A stretch of DNA of 63,603 nt from Octopus bimaculoides. Lineage: Eukaryota. This document shows positions 25,745 through 36,840 of this stretch, in pieces; within the stretch, counting starts at the first letter, position 1; each line of letters opens with the position of its first letter. A program made the translations under genes and the position numbers. The notes under the pieces were generated by a model. The model was not told the DNA's origin. It was given only the letters and a program-made list of their open reading frames with translations, and made no database searches. The stretch is from NCBI RefSeq assembly GCF_001194135.2, contig NC_069002.1:32639451-32703053 (forward strand), in the 5' to 3' direction.

Positions 25745-25935
25745 CAGGGGATAGTCTATTACTTCAATTTCAGTGCTTGGTTGGTAATTTGTTAATCGAC
25801 AACGAAACGATGTAAAGCAAAGTCTTGGAACAACGTGAAATAAAGTGTCTTGCTCAAGAACACAATATACAGCCTGGTCTGGGAGTCGAACCCGCTACCT
25901 CATGACTGTGTGCCCAATGCTCTAACCAATGAGAT
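25745..25935 (-). mobile_element. Family D head (25826-25935) joined directly to a degenerate family B core
   Basis: caacgtgaaataaagtgtcttgctcaagaacacaa..gggagtcgaaccc..ctctaaccaatgag abuts gtaatttgttaatcgac..gtaaagcaaagtc. Confidence 0.65.
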
Positions 25936-28492
25936 ATATCAGTGTTTGCTTTTATGTCCCGCCATATGTTGTGTACTAAAACAATTTAAAGCGAAGAATT
26001 ACTCAATACCATTTACTAGAGTAGATAATTCTTTGACAAATACATATTTCTTTGACGTGGAGAGGAGTGACAGTGAAATCGAAATTTCGGGTAATTAGCC
26101 TGAGCCTGCATCAAAGTGTCTTATACTCTGTCTATCTATCTCTATACATGTAGGTATATATTTTTATAGGTATGTGTATCCATTCACATGCACATGCATA
26201 TATACACAAGCACACACAAGCACACACACGCACACACACGCACACGCACGCACGCACAAACACACACACACACTTTATATAAACCATACAAAGATATAAA
26301 TAATAAAGCCTAAATATTTATAGACCCAGTATTCCAAGAACCGAATCATTTCACTTTCAACCGAAAGTTTATAAAATTCTAATAGCAACAATAACAATAT
26401 ATATACAAACACGTCCGTGTACACAACCACTACATATATATATATGTGTGTGTATTTATATACATACATATATATATGTATGTATATATATATANNNNNN
26501 NNNNNNNNNNNNNNNNNNNNNNNNNNNNNNNNNNNNNNNNNNNNNNNNNNNNNNNNNNNNNNNNNNNNNNNNNNNNNNNNNNNNNNNNNNNNNNNNNNNN
26601 NNNNNNNNNNNNNNNNNNNNNNNNNNNNNNNNNNNNNNNNNNNNNNNNNNNNNNNNNNNNNNNNNNNNNNNNNNNNNNNNNNNNNNNNNNNNNNNNNNNN
26701 NNNNNNNNNNNNNNNNNNNNNNNNNNNNNNNNNNNNNNNNNNNNNNNNNNNNNNNNNNNNNNNNNNNNNNNNNNNNNNNNNNNNNNNNNNNNNNNNNNNN
26801 NNNNNNNNNNNNNNNNNNNNNNNNNNNNNNNNNNNNNNNNNNNNNNNNNNNNNNNNNNNNNNNNNNNNNNNNNNNNNNNNNNNNNNNNNNNNNNNNNNNN
26901 NNNNNNNNNNNNNNNNNNNNNNNNNNNNNNNNNNNNNNNNNNNNNNNNNNNNNNNNNNNNNNNNNNNNNNNNNNNNNNNNNNNNNNNNNNNNNNNNNNNN
27001 NNNNNNNNNNNNNNNNNNNNNNNNNNNNNNNNNNNNNNNNNNNNNNNNNNNNNNNNNNNNNNNNNNNNNNNNNNNNNNNNNNNNNNNNNNNNNNNNNNNN
27101 NNNNNNNNNNNNNNNNNNNNNNNNNNNNNNNNNNNNNNNNNNNNNNNNNNNNNNNNNNNNNNNNNNNNNNNNNNNNNNNNNNNNNNNNNNNNNNNNNNNN
27201 NNNNNNNNNNNNNNNNNNNNNNNNNNNNNNNNNNNNNNNNNNNNNNNNNNNNNNNNNNNNNNNNNNNNNNNNNNNNNNNNNNNNNNNNNNNNNNNNNTAT
27301 ATATATATATATATATATATATAGTTCCATATACAGATATAAATACTGGTATATATATTTATATACATACGTATGTACATATATATGTATATATATATAT
27401 ATATGTGTGTGTGTATGTATGTATGTATGTATGTATGTATGTATGTATGTATGTATACACGCATTCAGATATATTATACTGTCTCTCTCTCTCCATTCTT
27501 CGTGATAGAAGAAGGGAAATATATATTAATATAAGAACAATATAAAATATATTCATACTGTCTGAAAGGTGAAAAAACAGGTTATAAAACCAACTGACAT
27601 CGAAGAAACGATGTTAAAGGACACACAGACACACACGTACACTTACATCCACACACGGAGACTCATGCACAAACACAAACCAGAACATACATAAAAACCA
27701 AACAAACAAACAGAAAGACGTATAGATCTATTTAAACAACGAAAAAAAAAAAAAACACTGAAGACATCGGAAAAGGAAAAGGAAAAAGAATGGAGAGGAA
27801 CTCCATGGAAAGCTTAAAGCTGGAGTAGGAAAAAGTAAATAGAGGGAAAGAATTAGGGACAGAAATGAAGAAGTGAGAGAGAAGACAGAGAGCGTGAGGG
27901 AGGTGGTGTGGAGAAGCCGGTTGCATTACGGCTGCGTTATTCTAACATTTCTTCTCCTCTAACCTTTAGCCATTTGTAGATACTCCACAGCGCTTGGACC
28001 TAATGAAAAATTCCGAAATCGAAAAATGAGATCTACTGGTTTCTTTCAGAATTTGTCTTTGTGAAAATGTTTGCTTTTGTTACAGAGTCTTGTAGATGTT
28101 TTCATTCTAGGTAGAATCTATTGTTTGCTACTGTTTGACTATCTCCACATACAAATGAACGAACGATGGTCCAATGAAAGAATGTAATTTCAGCTTATTT
28201 CTTTCAGAAAAGATGGCTACTTAAATAGTACATGTTGTGCTCAATTGAACAAGAGAACGATTCAATACAGAAAATCCCTCCATTTTTAACTAGAGGAATG
28301 TTTTCTACAAAGAACACAACTAAGTAAACCGCTTCTAGCAACAGACTGAGAATTGTCAAAAGAACTATTCAGCTGCATTTGTCGAGGAATTGGTCGAAAT
28401 GTTTCCCTGCAAGAACTACAATTCATTGTATTCATACGTCTTATTTCTATTGCTATATGATACTGTTGTATCACTTCTTTTCATAGACTTGT

Positions 28493-28543
<51 letters not shown>

Positions 28544-28826
28544 NNNNNNNNNNNNNNNNNNNNNNNNNNNNNNNNNNNNNNNNNNNNNNNNNNNNNNNNN
28601 NNNNNNNNNNNNNNNNNNNNNNNNNNNNNNNNNNNNNNNNNNNNNNNNNNNNNNNNNNNNNNNNNNNNNNNNNNNNNNNNNNNNNNNNNNNNNNNNNNNN
28701 NNNNNNNNNNNNNNNNNNNNNNNNNNNNNNNNNNNNNNNNNNNNNNNNNNNNNNNNNNNNNNNNNNNNNNNNNNNNNNNNNNNNNNNNNNNNNNNNNNNN
28801 NNNNNNNNNNNNNNNNNNNNNNNNNN

Positions 28827-28877
<51 letters not shown>

Positions 28878-29289
28878 CAGACAGGTAGTGTATGTTTTAT
28901 AAGTGTATGAATTCAATATTAAAGAATTCGGTGGAATTAGTCAGACAATAGAGCACTCAACTCCGTAGGCGGTGTTCATAATAAAATACGGAGATTTCAG
29001 TTCCTGTACACACATAGACACATACATATACACACACAAACACACACATATACATATATGCACACATACATAAACACACACAGACACACACACATATATA
29101 TACCACCTCTTTTGTTTGCATATGCTGATAACAAAAGGCAGTTTTATGTTTTCCAATATGTAATCGCATACATGCTTGCGTGGTCTAGAGACATCTAAGT
29201 TTATATCACGTTCGTTTAAATGGAAGCTTTGCATAATTCGGATATCTCCACTGATATCGAAAGAGGTGTGATACACACGCAGCTCTATA

Positions 29290-29450
29290 TGTCTTTTATC
29301 CTTTGCATGTTTCTGTCACCAGAGTACGACCGTGCTGGTCCAACGTCTTGAAGAATTTCAGTGGAACGAAACCAACTCGCAGGAACATAAATACAGCAGC
29401 ATTACTTGTCAAATGGTGGTAGAGGACAAACACAGATTCAAAGACTCTCT
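29290..29450 (-). mobile_element. Diverged SINE family A 3' module
   Basis: Reverse complement ..ccagcacggtcgtactctggtgacagaaacatgcaaaggataaaaga resembles the family A tail. Confidence 0.55.
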
Positions 29451-29492
29451 CACACACAACACAATAATATACGTATGTGTGTGTGTATATAT

Positions 29493-29541
<49 letters not shown>

Positions 29542-29561
29542 GATATGTATTTGTATACTTT

Positions 29562-29618
<57 letters not shown>

Positions 29619-30481
29619 ATAAATACACACATATACACACACATGTGCACACACACGCATTCAGACACACACATACTAATATATTTATATGTATTGGAAC
29701 AAAATTTATATTTGGGACATATAGTTATCAAAGTTTTCGTATCCACAAACCCAAAGCCTTGTGGACAGCTCGTACCACACAAATAATTTAAACTTTCTAC
29801 GTGTCGAACGTGAGGAAACGCTTAGACATCGAGATTTAAATCTTAACATATATTTATGCCAATGCACGTGTAAGTATAATGTATTAGTATACATACAAGA
29901 ATACCGTATACATTATGACTATGACAAATAAAATTTCACTACATTTACAGACATAGACACACACTGACACACGCCTACACACACTTGTTCTGTCACAGGC
30001 AACAACTAAAGGAAGCGAAATATAATTAACAGATGAATAAATAATTACATAAGAATGTCTTTATGTCGCACGCTTGACATCAAGATGTAATGCAACCAGT
30101 AACGATAGTTAGAAAATTTAACACATCGTCTGCAATGCATACACATTATTGGGAAGATGACAGCGGTTATGCGACGAAAAATATTTGGAAGAAAAGGGGA
30201 CGAATGACTGAGAAGGAAAGTTTGAAATGTGGAACTCTAAGGCCCTTAAATTATGGTTTCAAATTCTGACTCAAGAAGGAAGAAGGAAGCCGATTATGTC
30301 GACCTGAAATGTTAAAATGCTGCTTATTTCATAGACCATGAAATGATGAGAGGCGAAATCGACCCTGGCTGCATCTCACCTCAGAAACTAACGTCGAAAG
30401 AATCCAGGAGAAAGAGAACAGTTATGGCAAATTAATGCGGCACTTACAGCTCTTGTACTCTGGCTAAGAATTTTCATTTCT

Positions 30482-30543
30482 GTCATAGGATCGTGGTTTT
30501 GCTTCCCAGACCGGGCGTTGTGAGTGTTTATTGAGCGAAAAAC
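30482..30543 (+). mobile_element. SINE family C head/core fragment
   Basis: gtcataggatcgtggttttgcttcccagaccgggcgttgtgagtgtttattgagcgaaaa matches the 6.5-kb copy. Confidence 0.75.
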
Positions 30544-31073
30544 AAGTCGAATGATGATATCTAGCCCACAAGACTGGTTTACGCTGACAATCGAAGTGCT
30601 CAACTTGCGTACCTTATCGTCTTTATTGTCGATAAAAACGCTCCGGTCGAAATGGTTGTCAACACTTATTTCTAAGCATCAGATGTTGGATGGCATGTGT
30701 GTTTCTTCTCAAGAGAAGGAATGATTTGGGCGCATTAACTTTTCCAAAATGTTTAAATTAAAGTTTTCCTTCATTTTGTAGTAAAGTTTTTTTTTTCGTT
30801 GTGCCTGACAACCGATTTACAGCGTGTAGCTTAGATTCGATGTCTGTTCTGTCTTATGGCACGGAGTCCCGAATTTAGATGGCTCGTAAATCGTGTGTTA
30901 ATGTCGTTTCGACAAAGATATTTTAGTTTTAGTTTATGTTTACAAATGTCCCTACATAAAATAAAATGTCAAGTAATATTATGCTGAAGATTCCAAAACA
31001 GGATGAAATGATATCATGCTATGAAAATAAGAATGAACAATAATGAAAGAATTATATACAAGATGTATTCATA

Positions 31074-31481
31074 GGCGCAGGAGTGGCTGTGTGGTAAGTA
31101 GCTTGCTTACCAACCCCATGCTTCCGGGTTCAGTCCCACTGCATGGCATTTTGGGCAAGTGTCTTCTACTATAGCCTCGGGCAGACCAAAAGCCTTGTGA
31201 GTGGATTTGGTAGACGGAAACTGAAAGAAGCCCGTTGTATATATGTATATATATATATATGTGTATGTGTGCGTTTGTATGTCTGTGTTTGTCCCCTCAA
31301 CATTGCTAGACAACCGATGTTGGTGTGTTTATGTCCCCGTCAATTACCGGTTCGGCAAAAGTGACCGATAGAATAAGTACTAGCCTTACAAAGAATAAGT
31401 CCCGGGGTCGATTTGGTGGACTAAAGGTGGTGCTCCAGCATGGCCACAGTCAAATGCCTGAAACAAGTAAAAGAGTAAAGA
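31074..31481 (+). mobile_element. Full-length tRNA-derived SINE, family A (CORE-like segment, central microsatellite, (GTAAAAGA) tail)
   Basis: A box TGGCTGTGTGG at 31084-31094 and B box GGTTCAGTCC at 31127-31136. Then ttgggcaagtgtcttctactatagcc (CORE-like), a (TA)/(TG) insert, and the 3' module ending gctccagcatggcc..aaacaagtaaaagagt. Many related copies in the window. Confidence 0.9.
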
Positions 31482-32007
31482 TGTAGTCTCTTCTTATTCT
31501 GTTCACTCTGACAAAAAACAATCTCCACAAAAGACGAAAGATAGATTCACTTGGAAACGATTATCTCCCCGTGAACAGCAACTTCCTTTCGTTCCGTGTC
31601 GCTTCTATAGTATATCCAGCTTCTTGTAAGATCACCATGATAACATATTCTCGAGATTGTACCAGAGATATAACATTCACGGTGTTTCACATTCTTTTGA
31701 ATATATACACGTGACTTCAGGAGTGCTAGGTTTGTTATGCACATGTTAAAAAAAAAGCAGACTTGCTCCACAAAAATGGCTGGTGTCTTGTAGATAAATT
31801 AAGTGTAAGTTTTATACTTTCGAGTGCATAAAAATATCTAGTAATTATGGCTGTGATTGACGGGTGAGAAATAAAACAAAATGAAGTATAAATTAGTTAT
31901 TGCAAATAGTTTTACACTTCCATTTTATCTACAGAACTCAACATGGTAGTAAATAAAATATTAACGTTGCTGCTATTTCCTCAGAACGGAAATTTGCGTA
32001 GGTATGG

Positions 32008-32060
<53 letters not shown>

Positions 32061-32372
32061 TATATATATGTATGTATTTGTATATATATTTCAATATATA
32101 TAACTTTATTAACTCTGCATACACTTACACAAACGCATGCACACACATATATGTAGACACGTTTACGTGTGTATATATTTGGACACATACACACACACAT
32201 ATATATACATGTGTATACTTATGTGTATGTACGTATGTGTATGTACGTATGTATATTCTAGAAGACTTTATAACAACATTGAAATTAACGTACACCTCAT
32301 ATACACACACACGTGTGCGTGTTTTAGTGTAAATGAGTGCTTGTAGCTTACATATATATATATGTGTGTGTT

Positions 32373-32410
<38 letters not shown>

Positions 32411-32707
32411 TATTTGTGCATTTGTGCATTTGTGTATGTGTATGTAGTTTGTGTCATGTACGCAGTTACATTGTATATGAAAAAAATATCATAAAAATAA
32501 GTTGCGAAAATATTTTTTCTACTGATAAATTGTTAATGATGATGAAGTAATAGTTTGTGAAGAAACCGATATTAAAAGTCAATGGTGTGGACATATATCT
32601 CACCGTGAATATAGTATAGACAACAAAACAACGAAACTGCTTCTATACGTGCTCCGTTGACCTGCCAGAAGTAGTAGTTAAAGTCTACTAACATAAGGCC
32701 CCTATTA

Positions 32708-32808
32708 CAGTGGTTCCCAACCTGTGGTCCACGGACACCTGGTGGTCCACGGACACCTGGTGGTCCACGGACACCTGGTGGTCCACGGACACCTGGTGGT
32801 CCGTAAAC
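32708..32808 (+). mobile_element. hAT (Charlie-like) transposon left end with tandemly amplified 18-bp subterminal unit
   Basis: Begins cagtggttcccaacctgtggtcc, a typical Charlie-type terminus, followed by 4 perfect copies of tggtccacggacacctgg (32725-32796). I found no right end. Confidence 0.6.
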
Positions 32809-32818
32809 GAAATTCAAA

Positions 32819-32863
<45 letters not shown>

Positions 32864-32904
32864 CTCTTTCACTGGTCTCGTTCTGTTAACGTCTAAGCAT
32901 TCAG

Positions 32905-32950
32905 GCGAGTATACTGGCATTGATGAGACAACATTTGAAATATTGTCTAG
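32905..32950 (+). CDS. Candidate 46-nt exon on the plus strand
   Basis: gtctaagcattcag/GC GAG.. reads (G)EYTGIDETTFEILS(R); donor TAG/gtaaat. Confidence 0.25.
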
Positions 32951-33218
32951 GTAAATGCAGTTGATGAAGACTGATCAAATTTACGTTGACAAACGTAATT
33001 GAATAGTCTGAAACCTAGGTACTGCATTATCCGATTCTGGGTGTCCATTTATCTAATGTTCTTCCTAGAGTAAGACAAATCTTTCATATTTGTTGCACTC
33101 ACACGTCTTTGCCAGTATATACGCAGTGAAGCTTTACACTAGCGTCGTATTTGTATCGAATCGACTGCTATTTCCAGCAAATATTGGTGCCTTGTTGTAC
33201 CACAAATCTATCTATCTA

Positions 33219-33257
<39 letters not shown>

Positions 33258-34121
33258 NNNNNNNNNNNNNNNNNNNNNNNNNNNNNNNNNNNNNNNNNNN
33301 NNNNNNNNNNNNNNNNNNAACGAGTTGCTAAGTATAGAACCTAAATCGCCAAATAATGCTATGCTGTCCTCATTCAAACACGAAGGACATATCATATCCG
33401 GCAATATACTTAAAAAAGGAGGGGAAATGAATACTTTTGATCATTCGTCAACGTTCCGTTAGGGCTGGCCTATGCACAGAAATATAAACAGCAACAACAG
33501 GAACAACAATATTTAGCATCTAAAAATGAAGACAGTATACACAGAACCACACTGAGTCTCTTTCACAACTCTAACACCCCTAGAATCCATTAGCTTCAAT
33601 CTTGGGAGTTCTTAAATTTGAAACGATATATTATCTGATTCGTTTGAAAGGGGCCATCTTTCTCATACAATAAAAGCGTAAGAGCTGCTATTAACGTGCC
33701 TCTTAGTCGAGGTTTATTGTGTTGGCGGTATAAAGTTTTCAGTGTGAATAGTGTTTAAGAATTCCCGTTGAAGAAAGTGAGAATTTGGGAAAAGTAAATG
33801 ACGAATGAAGAAACCAGATTTATTCTGCGATGCCTTCTATAAAGAAGAATTTATATTGAGAAGCTGAGTCTAGAATGGTGTCGATAGGAGGGGGTTAAAA
33901 TTTGCTTAAAATTAGTGAGTGAATGTGTGAGAGAGAGAAAAAAAAGAGAGAGAGAGAGAGAGGCAAAGAAAGAGACTAACGAGTAAGATNNNNNNNNNNN
34001 NNNNNNNNNNNNNNNNNNNNNNNNNNNNNNNNNNNNNNNNNNNNNNNNNNNNNNNNNNNNNNNNNNNNNNNNNNNNNNNNNNNNNNNNNNNNNNNNNNNN
34101 NNNNNNNNNNNNNNNNNNNNN

Positions 34122-34170
<49 letters not shown>

Positions 34171-34194
34171 TAGAGCGAAATAGAGAGAAGGAGA

Positions 34195-34225
<31 letters not shown>

Positions 34226-35180
34226 TAGGGAGAATGAAAGCAGAGTAAGCGACTAACATATAAAGAGGTAAAAAGATTGATGATATGATGGAGAAAGAGA
34301 TAGACAAAGATAGAGAAAGAGAAATATTAGCAGATAGGGACGTATAAAACTGATAAAATAATTTGAAATAGCGGGAGAGAAAGAGAGAGAGGGATAGAGA
34401 GAGAGAGAGAAAGAGAGAGAAAGAGGGAGAGAAGTGTATGCTGGGAAGTTATATGGTAGTAGTTCTCTGTGAGGTAATATAACGTTGATATCGATGAATG
34501 TTTGAAGTTCGTCAGGAAAGATAATCTATGGTAGACATGACGATGCCGTCTTTGACAAATGATTACCAGCAGTGCATATTGTAGAAAATTTTAAAAAAGA
34601 AGGGTATTTTATTTTCATATAAAAATTTAATATTTGAAATATTGCGAGCGAAAAGGTCAAATATTCACGATTCAGACGTCGTCAAGAATTGTATAAATTT
34701 GAACCTCTCTTTCTTTCCATTCTTCAAAAGAAGAATAGAATTCGTTTTCTTGTGAAAAAAAAAGAATAAAATAATAATAAAAAACAGAACCATTATTAAA
34801 ATAAATCGATTGTTCGGTAAATATATACAGAGTTTAATTCCGTACAAAACATTTTGTGCAGAGTAAAAAAAAAAGAGAGAGAAAGAAAAACAACCATAAA
34901 CGCATACAAAAACCGTATATAAAAGAACTGTATGATGCCCGCTTCTGTGCCCATATAACAATGGCGTCACAAGATACAATAACACTGTTTCACCGATATT
35001 TTACAAATGTCGAACGAAGAATAACGGTACACAGGGAAAAAGCAATAGCGAGAGAGAGAAACAAAAAGACAAAATGGAAGGGAAAAGACGAACAAATATA
35101 AAAAATAGGAAATGAACGAAAAATAACATGTAAAGTATTATAGAAATGGTGAACGAGAACAAAATACGATCACTGCTTAC

Positions 35181-35192
35181 CATTGTAGACGT
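35181..35192 (-). CDS. Candidate 12-nt micro-exon
   Basis: Acceptor tttgttttcggttcgcttcctttag/ACGTCTACAATG/gtaagc donor. Both sites are near consensus and the exon preserves frame. Confidence 0.35.
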
Positions 35193-35458
35193 CTAAAGGA
35201 AGCGAACCGAAAACAAATCTATTGTACTATTTTGTAGGTTTAAAAACATAAAAGAAAGACAAAAGATCAACAGATTGAATTCTGGATTTGTTCGGAGAAA
35301 AGGAGGCATGAGATATATATGTGTTGATGCTGTCGTTGTGGCAGAAGACTTTGTAGTTATTGTTATAGCACTTGTACCATCTTCACCAAAGGTTGGCTCT
35401 GGTTGAGCAGACATATGATCAGAAGTCTTCCAACTGTGACCATCCAGCTTATACATAC

Positions 35459-35518
<60 letters not shown>

Positions 35519-35520
<2 letters not shown>

Positions 35521-35650
35521 GGGAGAATTTACGAAAAAAAAAACAACAGACGAGGACAGGGGAATAGAGAAAGTCTTTAACGTTTCGAGCTACGCTGTTC
35601 AACAGAAAGAAATAAGGAGAAAAACAAGGAGAAAAAAAATTTAAATGTCG
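35519..35650 (-). mobile_element. Penelope-like element terminal-repeat fragment embedded in (TA)n
   Basis: Minus strand tctttctgttgaacagcgtagctcgaaacgttaaagactttctctattcccctgtcctcgtc has the same layout as the 53.3-kb copy. It is preceded on the minus strand by a SINE-A-like head fragment (35655-35702). Confidence 0.65.
35574..35610 (-). ncRNA. Degenerate minimal type I hammerhead ribozyme motif
   Basis: Helix I ucuuu/aaaga is fully paired. Core CUGUUGA (A6 to U), helix II CAGC-GUA-GCUC (closing pair mutated), GAAA, ACGU, triplet GUU. Confidence 0.5.
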
Positions 35651-35702
35651 TGGTCAGCGGGTTGGAAAGGAAGCTTCTTACAACAACTCATACCTGCGCA
35701 GC

Positions 35703-35770
<68 letters not shown>

Positions 35771-36117
35771 CCCGTGTATGTATATATGTATATGCATATA
35801 TAATCATTTATTCACTATCATCGAAGTAATACATATATGACGTGCATTCAAAGCTCCTTTACGGTTATGAGCTCTCAAAGTCATTCACCTGATGATCTGC
35901 GTGTACAAAGCTACTGATGGATCATGTTTATGTAATATTTTTAGAAGAACGTGTACAATAAGGGAAACTCAGCTTCTAACAGCTTTTAATTATGCACGGA
36001 AACAATTGTGATTTATGATTGAAGCCTGTTCATTCCAACAAGTTTCTTGTATAAATTTACATATATATTTATCAAAAGTATATACAAAAATTTCAATACG
36101 AGATGAATTGGACAGAT

Positions 36118-36164
<47 letters not shown>

Positions 36165-36527
36165 TATAATTATATACACAATTATAATAAGGGGTCAGCT
36201 AAGTACCTCTCCACGTGCTGAATTAGAAATAAGCGCTGTCTTTTCTACTATCATAAAATCTCCGAGACAAGAACACATTTTCAATGTTGGCAAAAGAAAT
36301 ATATATATATACTGGTATGGCGGATTTTACGTGAAATTAAAATCCATGGCATGGACGTTGGTAACGTGCATGTATAGGCAACAGACAGTTTTCTTCAAAC
36401 CAAGAAAACAAGAAAGGGAAAAGGCTAGGTCCGCAAAAATGATCAGAAGCATGGTCAATCTTCACTAAGAAAAGCCATCCCCCTACACACAGATTAACGC
36501 ACTTACGCGCGTGCATACATATACAGA

Positions 36528-36840
36528 CTGGCAATCTGTCAGTTACGACGACGAGGATTCCAGTTGATCTGATCAATGGAACATCCTCCTCGTAATATTA
36601 ACGTACAAGTGGCTGAGCATTCCTAAGACCCGCTACCATTAACGTAGTTCTTAGGGAGATTCAACTTCACACAGGATGTGACAAAGCTGGCACTTTGAAT
36701 TACAGGTACAACTAATTTTTCCCAGCTGAACGGACTGCAGCATCGTGAAATGAAGTATCTTGCTCAAGGACACAAAGCGCCCGCGGGAATTGAACTCACA
36801 ACCCCACGATCGTGAACCGGATGCCCTTACCATTTGATCA
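36528..36840 (-). mobile_element. SINE with family D head/core and family C tail
   Basis: Head ..gagttcaattcccgcgggcgctttgtgtccttgagcaagatacttcatttcacgatgctgcag is followed by about 175 nt homologous to 6191-6367. Confidence 0.85.

Noticed and set aside
31074-31145. SINE heads (also 6500-6566, 22470-22540) as tRNA genes
   Set aside because: A and B boxes are present, but the heads continue into SINE core and tail modules, and I could not fold a complete cloverleaf.
32725-32796. This and the 16-, 25- and 30-bp arrays as CRISPR arrays
   Set aside because: They are contiguous tandem units without unique spacers, in a eukaryotic context with no cas genes.
32572-32817. Collagen-like (GPPGVR)4 ORF as a real collagen exon
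   Set aside because: No acceptor AG precedes it, the units are identical at DNA level, and the repeat directly follows a hAT-type terminus.
35193-35456. 87-aa minus ORF (KLDGHSWKTSDHMSAQPEP..) as an exon
   Set aside because: Its coding-looking part matches the dispersed family E repeat tail (ggatggtca..gatcata..tctgctc), and it lacks a good acceptor.
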